A DNA stretch of 64,000 nt. Source: Octopus sinensis (Eukaryota). Below the pieces are notes generated by a model. It ran no database searches, had not been told where the DNA came from, and worked only from the letters and a program-made list of their open reading frames with translations. The stretch spans positions 141,422,001 to 141,486,000 of the forward strand of contig NC_043000.1 in NCBI RefSeq assembly GCF_006345805.1. Reading direction: 5' to 3'. A program made the translations under genes and the position numbers. Numbering within the stretch: position 1 is the first letter of the stretch; every line of letters starts with the position of its first letter. Below, piece by piece: positions 38,904-52,329 of this stretch.

Positions 38904-38942
38904 CAAACGATGAATAGAGTGCGTAAACCATGGTCCGTTTTG
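38904..38942 (+). ncRNA. Degenerate hammerhead in the Penelope 3' region
   Basis: aaacg-(CUG missing)AUGA..-G(U)AAA-CCAUGG-UC|cguuu. Confidence 0.5.
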
Positions 38943-39151
38943 TTCTCTTACTTTATTATCATCTTATCATCATCTAATAATAATGACTTTTATGACTCGT
39001 ATTACTACCTTAGTCAATCTAAATGTATATATTTATCGTTACGTATCATAAATAGCCTTTTTTTATTTGCAATGTGCATTTTCGTCGATTTTTCATATTT
39101 TACCCTTACATTTCCACGTGTATTTTATATTTTCTTTTTGTAACATATTTC

Positions 39152-39192
<41 letters not shown>

Positions 39193-39220
39193 CTAGTTTC
39201 TTTTGTAACATGTTTCTATG

Positions 39221-39262
<42 letters not shown>

Positions 39263-41273
39263 AGTTTTGCTGGTGTCTTGAAACGTTTAGGCATCGACGA
39301 GACTTCGAAACAACTTACCCGATTACCCGCAATTGCTGAGCTTGTTTCAAAATTTGAAACTAATATTTAATTTATTATTCAAAATCACATTCTTCTGTGT
39401 ATTTCAAGATCTTCTTTTGAAATAAGTTTTCACTTCGCAGATTTTCTTTCATATTATTCTTCCTTGCAAGTTAGATCATCCATCATTATCCGGTAGTATG
39501 TAGGAGTAAGAACATTAACAGGTAACTTTATAGTTAAATTATTATTAATTACATTGGTCGACCAAAGAGTAATGTTATCTAACCCTTGATATTTTTCCAC
39601 TTATAAACATGTTTAACCCTTCTGTTTATTTCTCATGCTGAAAACGTTGAAATTATAAACTCTGGCTTTATTTATTAGTGTATTTTAAAAATAGACGAGG
39701 GGTGACGATTTGGCAAAATCGTTACACCGCCAGAAAAATGTTGTATAGTATTTCTTCCGATTCTTCGTTTTCTGGCTTGAAAACTCGCAGAAGTTATCGT
39801 TGGCATTCATCCTTCACAAGGTGATTCAATAAAGCACCAGTGAAGTACTGGGATCGCCAGCATCAATTAATTCCCTCCTCGCAAACTTGAGAAACTTTTA
39901 ATCTTTATTAGTTTACATCTTAAATCAGAAACTTTTATTCTTTATTAGTTTACATCTTGTTAAGTTTTCTGGAAAATTCTCAATGTAAGCCTATTTTGTG
40001 TATGAGTGGGAAATGGTTTAAGATGTCGCAGCCATTCTACGTATGCTAACCAGAGAACTGAAATAGGTAAGTACAATACGTAATTCTCACCTTAGTCCCT
40101 TACTCTTTATCTAGACGAAAATCTGGCCATTTTGTAGGTATGTTATAATGATGCTGTTGTTGTTGTTATTGTTGTGGTTGATATTGCTGCTTTGCTGTTG
40201 CTGCTGTTGTTGTTGTTAAGCAACAAGACGGGTAAGGGTGATTAGGTGATGGTCTAGGGCTTAGGGGCGGGAGACCCCAGACCTTGAGGAAAAAAACGAC
40301 TTTGGTCGTCTTGTTATAGTCGAGAGCTAATCGTTGACGCCCGACACCACTGGGAGGTGGCCCCTCGAAGTCACTGGAAATGGAGATCTCCAGGTCCAAA
40401 TTCTTGGACGGCTCTTGTTGCTGCCGTATTTGCTGGTGGTGATGCAGCTTGTGTTTAAGGGGTTGAGCTTTACTTCAGTTCTGATCAATCAGATCTATAA
40501 TCAAAGCCACTCAATTTAGCTTTATCCTTTCCAACTATTTTATTCTGTTTTTACATCCATGCCTGCATTATCCAGTCTATCCCTATCCTTACTAAAACGT
40601 TAGGAATGTTACCAGAGGAAGATTTGGTATCATTTCTAGCATAGTGGCTTTTGAAGTTAGCTCATCCTAGATTATTACTAAACAGTAAAAGGTATTTTAA
40701 CATACGCTGTGTGTAAGCTAAGAAAATCGCATGCCACGAAAGATCTAGAGACAAACAGAGCTTCCTCAACATATTTCTGCAATATATATCAGATGGTAAA
40801 CACTTGTTGATGTTCTGCATCTCAAGACATTTACCCATCCCCCCGATAAACACATGATTGACGATAAAGTTACTGTTCCGACGGAAATGATTCAACTGTC
40901 TTTTAAGTCTGCACAATGCATCAACGCAAATATATATATGATGCAGTTATTCAGAGAAGATTAAGACAAAGAAAGAATAGAAGAAGAAGAAGAAGAAGAA
41001 GAGAAGAAGAAGAAGAAGAAAGAAAAGCAGGAGTCGTTCACCAAACCCACCAAGACAACAATGGTAACAAATAAATGACAACAACGACAACAACAACAAC
41101 AACAACGACGACGACGACGGCAATCTCCACGGCTACAATCATCATAAACCCAACTACAACAACGTCACGAACCAAAGTGGGGGTCCACATACCTGGTAGC
41201 TTGAACAGCTTGAAATAGCAAACAAAGCTACTACATTTCAAATTACGGTCTTACACAGAGCATATTGGATAAA

Positions 41274-41478
41274 TATTTCTTTATTGTCCACAAGGGACTA
41301 AACATAGAGGGGACAAACAAGGACAGACAAAGGGATTAAGTCGATTTCATCGACCCCAGTGCGTAACTGGTACTTTATTTATCGACTCCGAAAGGCTGAA
41401 AGGCAAAGTCGACCTCGGCGGAATTTGAACTCAGAACGTAACGGCAGACGAAATACGGTTACGCATTTCGCCCGGCAC
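41274..41478 (-). mobile_element. SINE family B, 5'-truncated
   Basis: Match to family B. Confidence 0.87.
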
Positions 41479-41540
41479 TAGGGGTTTTGACCTTTAAATT
41501 TTGGGCAAAAAATGCGGATTATACTCGAGGATTTACGGTA
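41478..41540. mobile_element. Single Tc1/pogo-type terminal inverted repeat remnant
   Basis: TGCGGATTATACTCGAGGATTTACGG|TA, a terminus of the TA|CCGTAAA..CGAGTATAA type. Confidence 0.5.
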
Positions 41541-42396
41541 TGTTGATTTTGTTTAACTCCAGTCGAGAGGCTTAAAAAGTGATCCTCAGTCAACCAGAAT
41601 ATCTTCCAAGGTTTTTTACGGCAATTTTCAGAGTTAATGACTTTAAGGCAACTTTCACTAACTGTATGTATCATTTCTGCTCTAGGATTTGGGAAACCTC
41701 TACATCCCCATCTGAATCCCTCTCAACTACTGGATGACCTGTCCTGCATAATACTTCGTTTTTTATTCGTTTTCAGCAGGCAATTGCTAATTTTGTATCC
41801 CTGAAAAACTGCTTAATGAAATAGCTCTGCTGTATCACTTACCAAGATGACTGAACTTTCATATTGCTGCGTTAACCTTCTTCGCTAGTCACGAATTTCA
41901 AAACCTTAGTTGATAACATACAGAATTTTTACTGGAGCTCTCCAAAAATTCTACTGCAATTGAAAGTAAAGTGGACTACACATATACTGTTTACGATTTC
42001 TTTTCTATTTAGTAGGTAGTGTAAAATCTAGCGGTAGCGTAGCAGTTTTCTACCAGTTCATGCGATATCACCTGATATAACTGACGGGAATGTAATTTAT
42101 ATACCATCCATTGACTATATGACTTTTTTAGAACTCTCGGTCACATTTAGATAAAGAGCATGCGAACGATAAAACGTGATATTATGCCTATGAAATTCGG
42201 TTAATAAAAAATTTAAACCACAATCTCTTAATACAACTATTTAAACTTCTCGAGACGTCTTATGGTTTTTCTCGTAAATTTTTGACACTTACATATGCAT
42301 CTGTGTGTGTGAGTGAGTGTGTGTGTAAGTGAGTGTGTGCGTGCGTGTATGTGCGTGTGTATTTGTATGTATATATATATATATATATTATATATA

Positions 42397-42455
<59 letters not shown>

Positions 42456-45099
42456 CATACATATGGCATGATTCTATGAGTTCCATTTAATAGGTCCAGT
42501 AAAATAATTGCCTGTCAAGCGCACGGGTCGCTGAACACATCTCCCCAATATATTTGTACACAATTTATCAAGCAGTATTTTGTTGTTGTTGATGATATAT
42601 CTTTTGGTCGGTACTGATCAAATAATTTCTATTAAAGGACATTTCGGTTGTAGCTATCCCATCTTCTTGGTTGAGGCATAGTCTACACCGAATGACACTA
42701 TTTAATATTAACATTGTTTGTAAGATGATACACTGTGATTTGAAAGAGATTAGGTCGTACTGTTACGCTGAACTTGACTCTTTATTTTGGGAAATCGATA
42801 ATGGTAGAAATCGATATTTTTATACTTTAATTAGTTGTCAATTTATGCTTAAAGTTTATGAAGTGTCTAGGAAACAATTACTATTTCTTTTAGAATTTGT
42901 GAATGAAACAAAAGAAATACGCCATGTGTATTAAGAGGAAAGATCGAGAACAGCATGTTCTCTAGTGAGGCACAGTGCTGCCGCATATACATACCAAAAT
43001 AGAGATTATATTATTTAAAAAATATAACAAAAACCCTACTACGAATATATACATACCTCCCTCCTCACCCCACATCCACATATTCTATATTTCGTATTAA
43101 ATTCAGAGACATGCCCTTTAGGAGGCTGACTGCATAATGCTTTTACTAAAGATGTTCACGTAATAAGCAAGCTATTTTCTTTACTTAGAAAGTACATCCA
43201 TTGAATTTCAATTACAGATATGCGTATATTCATAATAATAATGTTACGTCTACTCCTTGGCGTTGTTTCTCTTCTTTTCGTTATTTACTATTCTTACTTA
43301 CGGTGTATATGTATGCGTATATGAATACGTCAAATGTACATTTGGTACATGCTTTCTTCTCAGCACACATGTAAATGTTATACATACACTGAGACAAATG
43401 CATAAATTCATGCACTTCAACATCGCACACAGACACAGACTCATCTGTGTGAATATGTGTGTGCAAAGACTCATGTAACTATGCTTGAATGTGCGTTTGC
43501 GTGTATAGCGATATATATTTGTTTCATCCACATATGCAAATCTATTTAAAGACTTAAAGAGATCGAGAGGTATTAAGTAAAATGCAAGACATCAGGCACA
43601 CTACGCTGTGTGAAATATTGTTTTCAGATCATTAAACCAAATGTCTGCTCAAGATGTCCACTTTTCTCTTTAACTCACTTTCTTGAATCAGAATCGCACG
43701 TATTATCATCTGACAAGACCAGCTGTTCAATGCAACCTTTGAGAAGTCTTGCTGAGTAATGCATTTCGATAAAAACTACCTAATTCAAGCGCAATTTTGT
43801 TTTAAAACGAAAATGGATATTTTCACGCACCAGCGTATAAAACAGGCATTTATAGTAACTCATTAATACCATATGTTCACCATACAAGTATCCATTGAGC
43901 GTCTGTTGAATGCGAAAAAAGGTTAGTCGATTTACTGTTATTACTATATAAGCTATGAAAGAAAAGTAACAAAATCTATATCTATCAAAGACTGACTTAA
44001 GAATATTAAAGTAAATAAATAAACTAAATAACTGAATTGAAGAGCGAGAGGAAGGAAAACGGCTTCCCTGTCACGAATAATAATAATCTTAATATTATGA
44101 ATGGTAAATAAACAGAAGTAATACAATCAAATACAACAGCTACATCCAATATGATAAAAACTTATATCTTAAACGTCTGTGATCGGTAGTGGTTGAGGTT
44201 GTTATTGCTGCCGATCCTGTTGTTGTTGTTGTTGTTGTTGCTGTTGTTATTTTTGTTGTTATTAATATTGTTTAGTAGCTGAGTTAATTCATAATCGAGA
44301 TTTATGATCTAATAAGTTCCACTCGTGATTACCCCCAATCTTTTTCTTCACTAAGTGGGTTACACAATACAATGTGACCATCCGTTTTCTTCATTTTTTT
44401 TTTAAAGACAGTAGCTCTACCTTGGTTCTGACGAAGCAGCCTTTATACTTCATGTTGAAAAGACGGTCGAGAGTCAGTCTTCCTCAAGCACTGAGATAGC
44501 GAAAACTTTTCTAACGACTTCTAGTTTTCAGTCTAGATTTTCCTCTAGTCTAGCTTTCTATATCGCTAGTTACTATACTTTACCAATTCTGTTTTAATCG
44601 CTCTTTTCAAGGCATACCATCATTTGATGTTATCGATTGTACCCGCCGATTTCTCCTTTATTAATTCGCTAAAGCGGAATCTATAAGCACAGAGTGCTGC
44701 GAGTCACTCGCCCAGCTTCCACTAATCAATACCTGCCTTTTAAACCTATCTATGTCAAGTATATAGATCACAACTATCAACTAAACTATAGTAGGATACG
44801 CTTGAGTTGGCTTGTGTGCCTTTTGTACCCTCCTCTAGAAGAGGCATTGTTTAGGGCGAACGGTGAACCGGATACGAGAATGCACTTTGCCGCCTACCAC
44901 CTGTCGCAGTTATCGCATAGATCTGTCTAGATACTACAGGAGGACCCAAAGTAATTGTCGATGTCCACATTGGTATATTCTGGAAATCCTCTCAGTCCCT
45001 TACAGGCAGTAGGAAACGCCTGTGTTGGCTTGAGTGCCTCTTGTACCCAACTCTAGAAGAGGCATTGTTTAGGGTGAACGGTGAACCGGATACGAGATT

Positions 45100-46750
45100 T
45101 AGGAGATTTATCTTCACATGCCAAACTTGTTCGAAGATCTATTGGTAAAAAAATGGGAGAACTCCCAGTCTTGCGAAAGGAGATGTGCTAGAAAGCAGAT
45201 ATGACCCGACTAAGTGGGATGATTGTAACAACTTCATACTCGTGACTCTTCTAAATGCAGAGTTGAAGTTTGCACTTGTCGTCGATACAATTATTGTTGA
45301 AGCACAGACATGTGCTATACCAAACAGATCTATCCACGATAAACTTTACCTCGTATGGTACATTAAAAAAGTTTGGGCAGAAAACAAACCTCGTATGAGT
45401 TAGTCCGTAATCATTTTAGACACTTGAAAACTTACAATAGCGTCGAACAATGATGGCTGTAAGCAGGACGGCTGCTTTCGTGCCGTCTTTAGAGGCTGGA
45501 TCGCTGCAATGTACAGTGACATTTTCTCGGTGGATAGAGTAAATGGCCACTTATCGAATACTCTTAGTATTATGCTTTCGCTCCGTCAATGAAGCTCAGT
45601 CTCTCTCCTTCCGTACCTGCTAACCCTTGAGTCAATGCAGCAGAAGTTGGAGATTCAAGGGACATCCTTCGTGAAGTAAGAAGCGTATAGTCTGCGTTTG
45701 CATATTCAGACGGCGTCACCATTACAGTGTCGAATACCAAACACACTGAGATGATTGAACAAATCGAAGGGAATATGAGGCGGTGACAGAACCAAAGCTT
45801 AACCAGGAAAAGTTGCGGGGCCCGCAGCTCGCTACCTAGAGAGGCAGACCCATGCCATCCAGCAGTATTATAGGGACACTGGACAGACAGGTTAAAGCAA
45901 TAGTGGTTAGGCTTGGTCCATACTTCCAGGTGGACAAAAAATGAGGGAGAGATGTCCAACGGAGTGGTTAATTTCACTTATAAATTGTTTGAGAGGTAAC
46001 TATTTCTGAGGAGGAGATGATGAATGATTTCATACCTTCCATCATAAAGTACCTATTTCTTTATTACCCACAAGGGGCTAAACACAGAGAGGACAAACAA
46101 GGACAGACATAGGTATTAAGTCGATTACATCGACCCCAGTGCGTAACGGTACTTAATTTATCGACCCCGAATGGATGAAAGGCAAACTCGACCTCGAAAA
46201 GTACCGACAAACCGTCGTACCTTTCCCTGCTTTATGTTTGACAAGAATGGAACGCATACTCTTCCGACTTCTGGGAAGTATATGTGTTCCACTGGAGAGC
46301 CGGATCATTTGCTCTCCACATGCGTTTTGTGGAAGACTGGATGTGCCGTAACAAAAGACGCATTGGCAGGCACTGAGGTTGCAACATCTCCAGCGTTTCC
46401 CTAGCAGTAAGCAAGTAAACCACAGTTTGCTTGACGAGTTTTTCTGTAGCTTGTCTCTTAGACAACTGAAACATACAGTGCTGTCAGACGCAAACAGCCG
46501 TCTGTCAGTCAGGCAATGCGATTATTGGATGTTCTGCCAGAGCTTTCTAAACAGTATTAGTGATAGATAAGAGTGGCGAAGTTCTCAGGGAAACTGGTGG
46601 ATGTAATGAAAGGATTGAAGACAGGTATTTCCCTTTTCAGTCAAGGCCTCGCTGACGTTTTCAAGTTTCAGCTGGAGAGGAGCTTAGAGGTGGAAAAGAA
46701 GATGCTGTAGTAAACTTGTAAATAATTGAGGGAATGTAGATAGAATTGTT
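45100..46750 (+). mobile_element. Decayed L1/Tx1-clade LINE reverse transcriptase region
   Basis: NFILVTLLNAELK..AQTCAIPNRSIHDKLYLVWYI (compare RPITLLN...QTCAVPGRSI.DN) and AYSDGVT (compare AYADDVT); interrupted by a SINE B. Confidence 0.75.
46054..46196 (-). mobile_element. SINE family B 3' fragment with TSD AAAGTACC
   Basis: Match to family B; flanking 8 bp repeat. Confidence 0.82.
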
Positions 46751-47600
46751 TGAGTGAATGAACACAGCCTAAATATGTGCCTGTATGTTGAAAATACGAA
46801 TCTGAAAGAAGCAGTTAACATGGTACTCTTGGTGAACAGGGTGACTAAGTCTGTAGATTTTCTTGGTCAACCCTGGGGGATGCTTTCCCCTTATTTGTTA
46901 TAATTCCCTTGTTAGTTTTTGTTTTTCTACTTTTTATTTTTTTTTTCAACGTCAGATGTCAGAACTGGATTTTTCTGACATCTCTTTAGCCCATTTTCTT
47001 TTTTTTTCATGATATTAATTGGTTGAAAGAGAGGTTTTTATTTTCTAGCTGCTCGTCCATAATACCCAAGCTTATACAGATATGTAAAACACGTTCTTGG
47101 ACTAACTTCTAGCTGTTTTGCAATGTCAGAAGCCTTTGAACAGGGTTCATTTTCCACAATTCTCTTCAAACAGTGAAGCTTCCTTTCCTGAGGCCCAGGT
47201 CGGCCGGGACGAGAATCTGTTGATTCTTTACTTGGCTTTTAAATTGCACTATAATTCTATTAAGAGTAGCAAGCGGAATTTGAAGATTTTCGGCAATTTT
47301 TCGCTCGCTAAGACCAGCCTCAGATTGCCTAACAATGCGACCTGTTTGAAAATCTGACTGTTCTGCTGAATGTTTTGTGCGTGGCAGCGTTATTTTTCAC
47401 AATTGTTTAATATAATGGCACCTGGAATGAAAAAGAATAATTACATTGTAAATTCTACACCGCTGAAAACATATTCAGATGCTTAGATCACAAGTTTTGA
47501 AAATTAAAGGTGTCTATTCACTTCCTGCTTGTGTGTGTATATTTATACACACACACACACACATACCTACGTGCGTCTTTGTATCTATCTATCTGTATAC

Positions 47601-47709
<109 letters not shown>

Positions 47710-47772
47710 ATATATATATATATAATATATATATATATATAATATATAATATATATATATATATATACATAC

Positions 47773-47915
47773 ATGGTGGCTGCCCCCTCGTTATCGAGTA
47801 TGGCCATTGCACGAAGCTTAATCAATGTTGCTATCGTGCAATGCCTGTGCAAGAAGAGTTTTTTAAAGTGAGGAAAGGCTGTGCACTGAGTCAATCCCAC
47901 TCACTAAGCAACAGC
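47773..47915 (-). mobile_element. 3' end of the RTE-like short element
   Basis: Reverse complement of 18450-18581. Confidence 0.75.
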
Positions 47916-49013
47916 ATTAAAATGCTCGATAACTCACCATTCTTATCGTTTTTTCAAGGAGTTCTTTGTTCGCTACCATTGCCACCCATCCATAGGGCCT
48001 CTGGTAAAAATTTTGATATTCCTTACAGGTTTGTGATATCTGTCCCATCACTTTTAGAGGGACATCACTGATAAATTTTAATCTTTCCTTTTCCAGAGTA
48101 TGCTATAAACAAACTTAACAAATAAAATTCCACTTTCGGAAAAGTAGTATTAAATAATGCAGCAGGTAATACTGACGATCACCTAATTTACGATAGTAGT
48201 AGTAGTAGTATTGGTAGTATTAGTAGTAGCAGTTGTTGTTGTAACAGAACAGTGTCAAGAACAATGAAAACGATGAAGATGATGATGGTGATGACGATGA
48301 CGATGTCAACTACAGCAGCAACACTGATGATGAGAGCGACGAGATCATGCTAATATTAATAATATATAAATAAAAGCTGAAGCGACGTGAATTTTGCTTA
48401 ATTGCAACTACAGTCAGTGATATGAAATAATTGCAAAAAATTTGAATGCAAGTGCTTGTTAAATTCAATTAAGAAAGTGTTTTCTGTCAGATAGAGTAGT
48501 GATGCTTAACAAACGACAATGTTTAAAAGAAAATACAATTGATGAAAAGAACTAATAAAATTTCGATGATAGTGTACAAATAAAAGCGAAAGGAAATATT
48601 TTCAAATGCAAAGTAGAATTTTATTTATATTTCTTTAAAAGAGAAAACAACAAAAATAATGACTACAGTCGATTACTTAAATCTAATTAAACATCGTTGA
48701 CTTTGTTTACTCGTAATTTATTAGCAAAATCTAAATCAAACACTGATTACCAATCGTTGTTTACAAATGAACACACCATATAAATTTGAATGTCTGTGTA
48801 TGCTGTGTACACCATGTCTCTCTGTAACGTGACAAATTAATCAAAAACAAACAAAAAAAAAACGAGGAATAAGAAAAAAAAATGGTTAAAATTTTCTTTA
48901 AGTAAGAACATGCTGGAAACCAACAGTCCTAAATCTATGACATGTTTCAGCTAATAAATGAGGGAATATAAGAGATGACAGAGCAGATGGCGTGATACAT
49001 ACATCTATATATA

Positions 49014-49044
<31 letters not shown>

Positions 49045-49056
49045 CGTACATACAAA

Positions 49057-49340
49057 TATGTCCAGCGGATGTTAGCAAAGCCGAAGATCAGTGAACGAGA
49101 GAACTGCTATGTTAAACTATTGAGAAATCTGCAGTTACTCTATCCATATTACAAGTTCAGGTTTATACCTGTAATTCTGGGGGCACTGGGATATGTAACA
49201 CTCTGCCTAAATACCAACCATGAGAAATTAGGATTCTCAAAACCAGAAAAGAAAGCTGATTCTATGACTACAAACGCGATCCGTCGCTGGAAATGTAAAG
49301 GAATTTGTTAAACTTTCCAGAAGTTCACTATTTAAGTATA
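49057..49340 (+). mobile_element. R4/Dong-like non-LTR 3' end (restriction-like endonuclease tail)
   Basis: KISERENCYVKLLRNLQLLYP..FIPVILGALG motif; begins in (TACA)n. Confidence 0.65.
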
Positions 49341-49384
49341 CAAGAACACATCTAGATATGCAGGTATATGCATGGAACACATAC

Positions 49385-49587
49385 ACTCTTTTACTTGTTT
49401 CAGTCATTTGACTGCAGCCTTTATAGTCGAGCAAATCGACTGCAGGGCTTATTCTTTGTAAGCCTAGTACTTATTCTATCTGTCTCTTTTGCCGAACCGC
49501 TAAGTTACGGGGACGTAAACACACCAGCATCGGTTGTCAAGCGATGTTGGGCGAACAAACAGACACACAAACAGATACACACACACA

Positions 49588-49663
<76 letters not shown>

Positions 49664-49825
49664 CGACGGGCTTCTTCCAGTTCCCGTCTACCAAATGCAC
49701 TCACAAGGCTTGGTCGACCCGAGGCTATAGTAAAAGACACTTGCCCAAGGTGCTACACAGTGGGACTGAACCCGGGACCATGTGGTTGGTAAGCAAGCTA
49801 CTTACCACAAAGCCACTCCTGCGCC
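49385..49825 (-). mobile_element. SINE family A
   Basis: Match to family A. Confidence 0.9.
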
Positions 49826-49899
49826 TGCATAAAACAAAACATACAAATCTACACATACATTCATACATACACACATACATACATACATACATACATACA

Positions 49900-49930
<31 letters not shown>

Positions 49931-51322
49931 TTACATACATACATATTTACATACATAAGGTCAGTTTCACGGATTTCGTGACGTATAGATTTCCCTGTTG
50001 GACGGGACGTTTGTCCGTCGCCAGATAACTCCGTATACTCACTAAGTGCACTGGGGAAAAGCGAAACCGCAATCTTATATTTTATGATCACGGGTGCTAG
50101 ACAGTAACCACTGAAGCATACACCTCTATATAAAATATAATACAATATAATACAATATAATGTTACACACAGACACACACACACACACATATTTATATAA
50201 TACACATTTACTTACTCACACACAGTATTTGTTTAAAAATAGACATAGTGAATTACGGAGAAAAAGTGAGGGTAAAATTAACGAGTTCTTGACCGAATAA
50301 ACACGATGTGTGAGACAATGTGCTTGCAGTCCGGTTCTGTTCATTAAACCACAGTTGACTGATTATTCTCGCAAACAAATGGAGAACATGGACGCATGAA
50401 AAATGAAGAACACATTTGCTGATTGTGTTCTGATAGGAAAGCAAACAAGACACTTTTTAGGATTAAGAATATGATGCAATTTATCTTTATTATGATGCAG
50501 AATTGTTGATGAAGGTAATGGCTATCGTTATTACGATAATGCTGATGAATATGAATATTATTATTGTCATCACCATCGTCACCATCGTCGACGTCGTAAT
50601 CATCATCATCATCATCGCCATCACTAACACCAAAACCATCATCGTCATCATTTTAACCTTTGAGTAATCACAACACTTATTTATTTGGGTGATATGAAAA
50701 TTAATCAATACACTATGACCAATCTACGCAACAGATATTCAAATCATTCTAAAGGAGGTGAAATATTTAGACTTAATTCTATGAGTTATATGTATGTACA
50801 TATATACACACGCACACATATGTACACACATATATGTGCTTATGTCTATGCACACAGAAATAATCTGTTACACACATTTTTGAAAATTTTTATATATTTC
50901 AACTCTCATTTAAATTTCACCTAACTTAACTCGACACACGGAAAATCATTTAAGCAAACACTTACATAATATTGTGCAAAAAGGTCTGTTGTTCATTAAG
51001 GTTTTGCGTATAGGTAAGAGCCTGACAGTTTCATGCACATATGCTTATTGAAACATAGGAAAATTGGTTTGCTCATACGTATAACACATTCAAATTGACA
51101 GTTTAAACATAAAATTACATACACACACACACACGCACACACACGCACACGTACATGTATATGTACTCCAGGGAATATCTATCTAGATATCTTTTCCGCG
51201 TATACAGACATATATCTATCTACATATATACAGGCACCCTCACATACAAAAACAGCTATATAGCACTCACTGCTAATGTGAATAGAAAATATATCGAAGA
51301 TCGTCTTGGTAAAGTAGGTGTT

Positions 51323-51415
<93 letters not shown>

Positions 51416-51960
51416 GTATATATATATGTATATATATATATGTATATATATATGTATATTGTACCGTAAAGTGCGCAGAATTGAACGGAAACAATTCCGC
51501 AATCAAAACCGATGCTACATAACACAGTAGGCACTACAACAGTGACAGCAAAAACATCATACACACACACAAAGGCACATCCTTACAAACACATAGTCCG
51601 TCACACACACACACACACACACACACACAACAACAACAACAACAACACTCGCAACACTCGCATGCGTACATAAAGAAAAAAATATATGAGAAGAATTCTA
51701 GTTATCTTTTATGACAGAACATAGGAAACAAAAACAGAAATAATGAGAAGTATTTGCAGTCCAAAGAATTTTTTTTGGAGAAATTGCGTGAATGAGGATG
51801 CCGCAGTTAGTAAATGATATGTTTATTATAAAAATATTTACGGGGCAAGACAAACCTGGCAAAGATTATCATTATCCGCCATGTTGTTGGTTTTGCTATT
51901 GTGGTCATTATTGTTTATGTTATTATTATCATCGTCGTCGTCGTCATCATCATCATCATC

Positions 51961-52005
<45 letters not shown>

Positions 52006-52283
52006 TTATTATTATTATTATTATTACTCTTTCATATTTCATATTTTTTATAATATAACTGTATCTCACGGTAATGTATGAAAGATCTATTACATCGAAG
52101 GAGGAAAGAGAAAAATGTTGAGTACGGCAGTTAAAATAACAAAGACACAGTGAATGAAGAAGGAAAAAATAAGAAAAAACTGGATGAAACAGTTTCAAAT
52201 ATGAATTTAGCAATTTTTATATCAATCAATGCGCCTGTGTATACAGAAACTTAAGGACAAAAATATTGATACATTTATACGCA

Positions 52284-52329
<46 letters not shown>

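Noticed and set aside
39285-39325. UCGACGAG-acuu-CGAAAC hammerhead-like stretch
   Set aside because: Core mutated, and stems I and III are unconvincing
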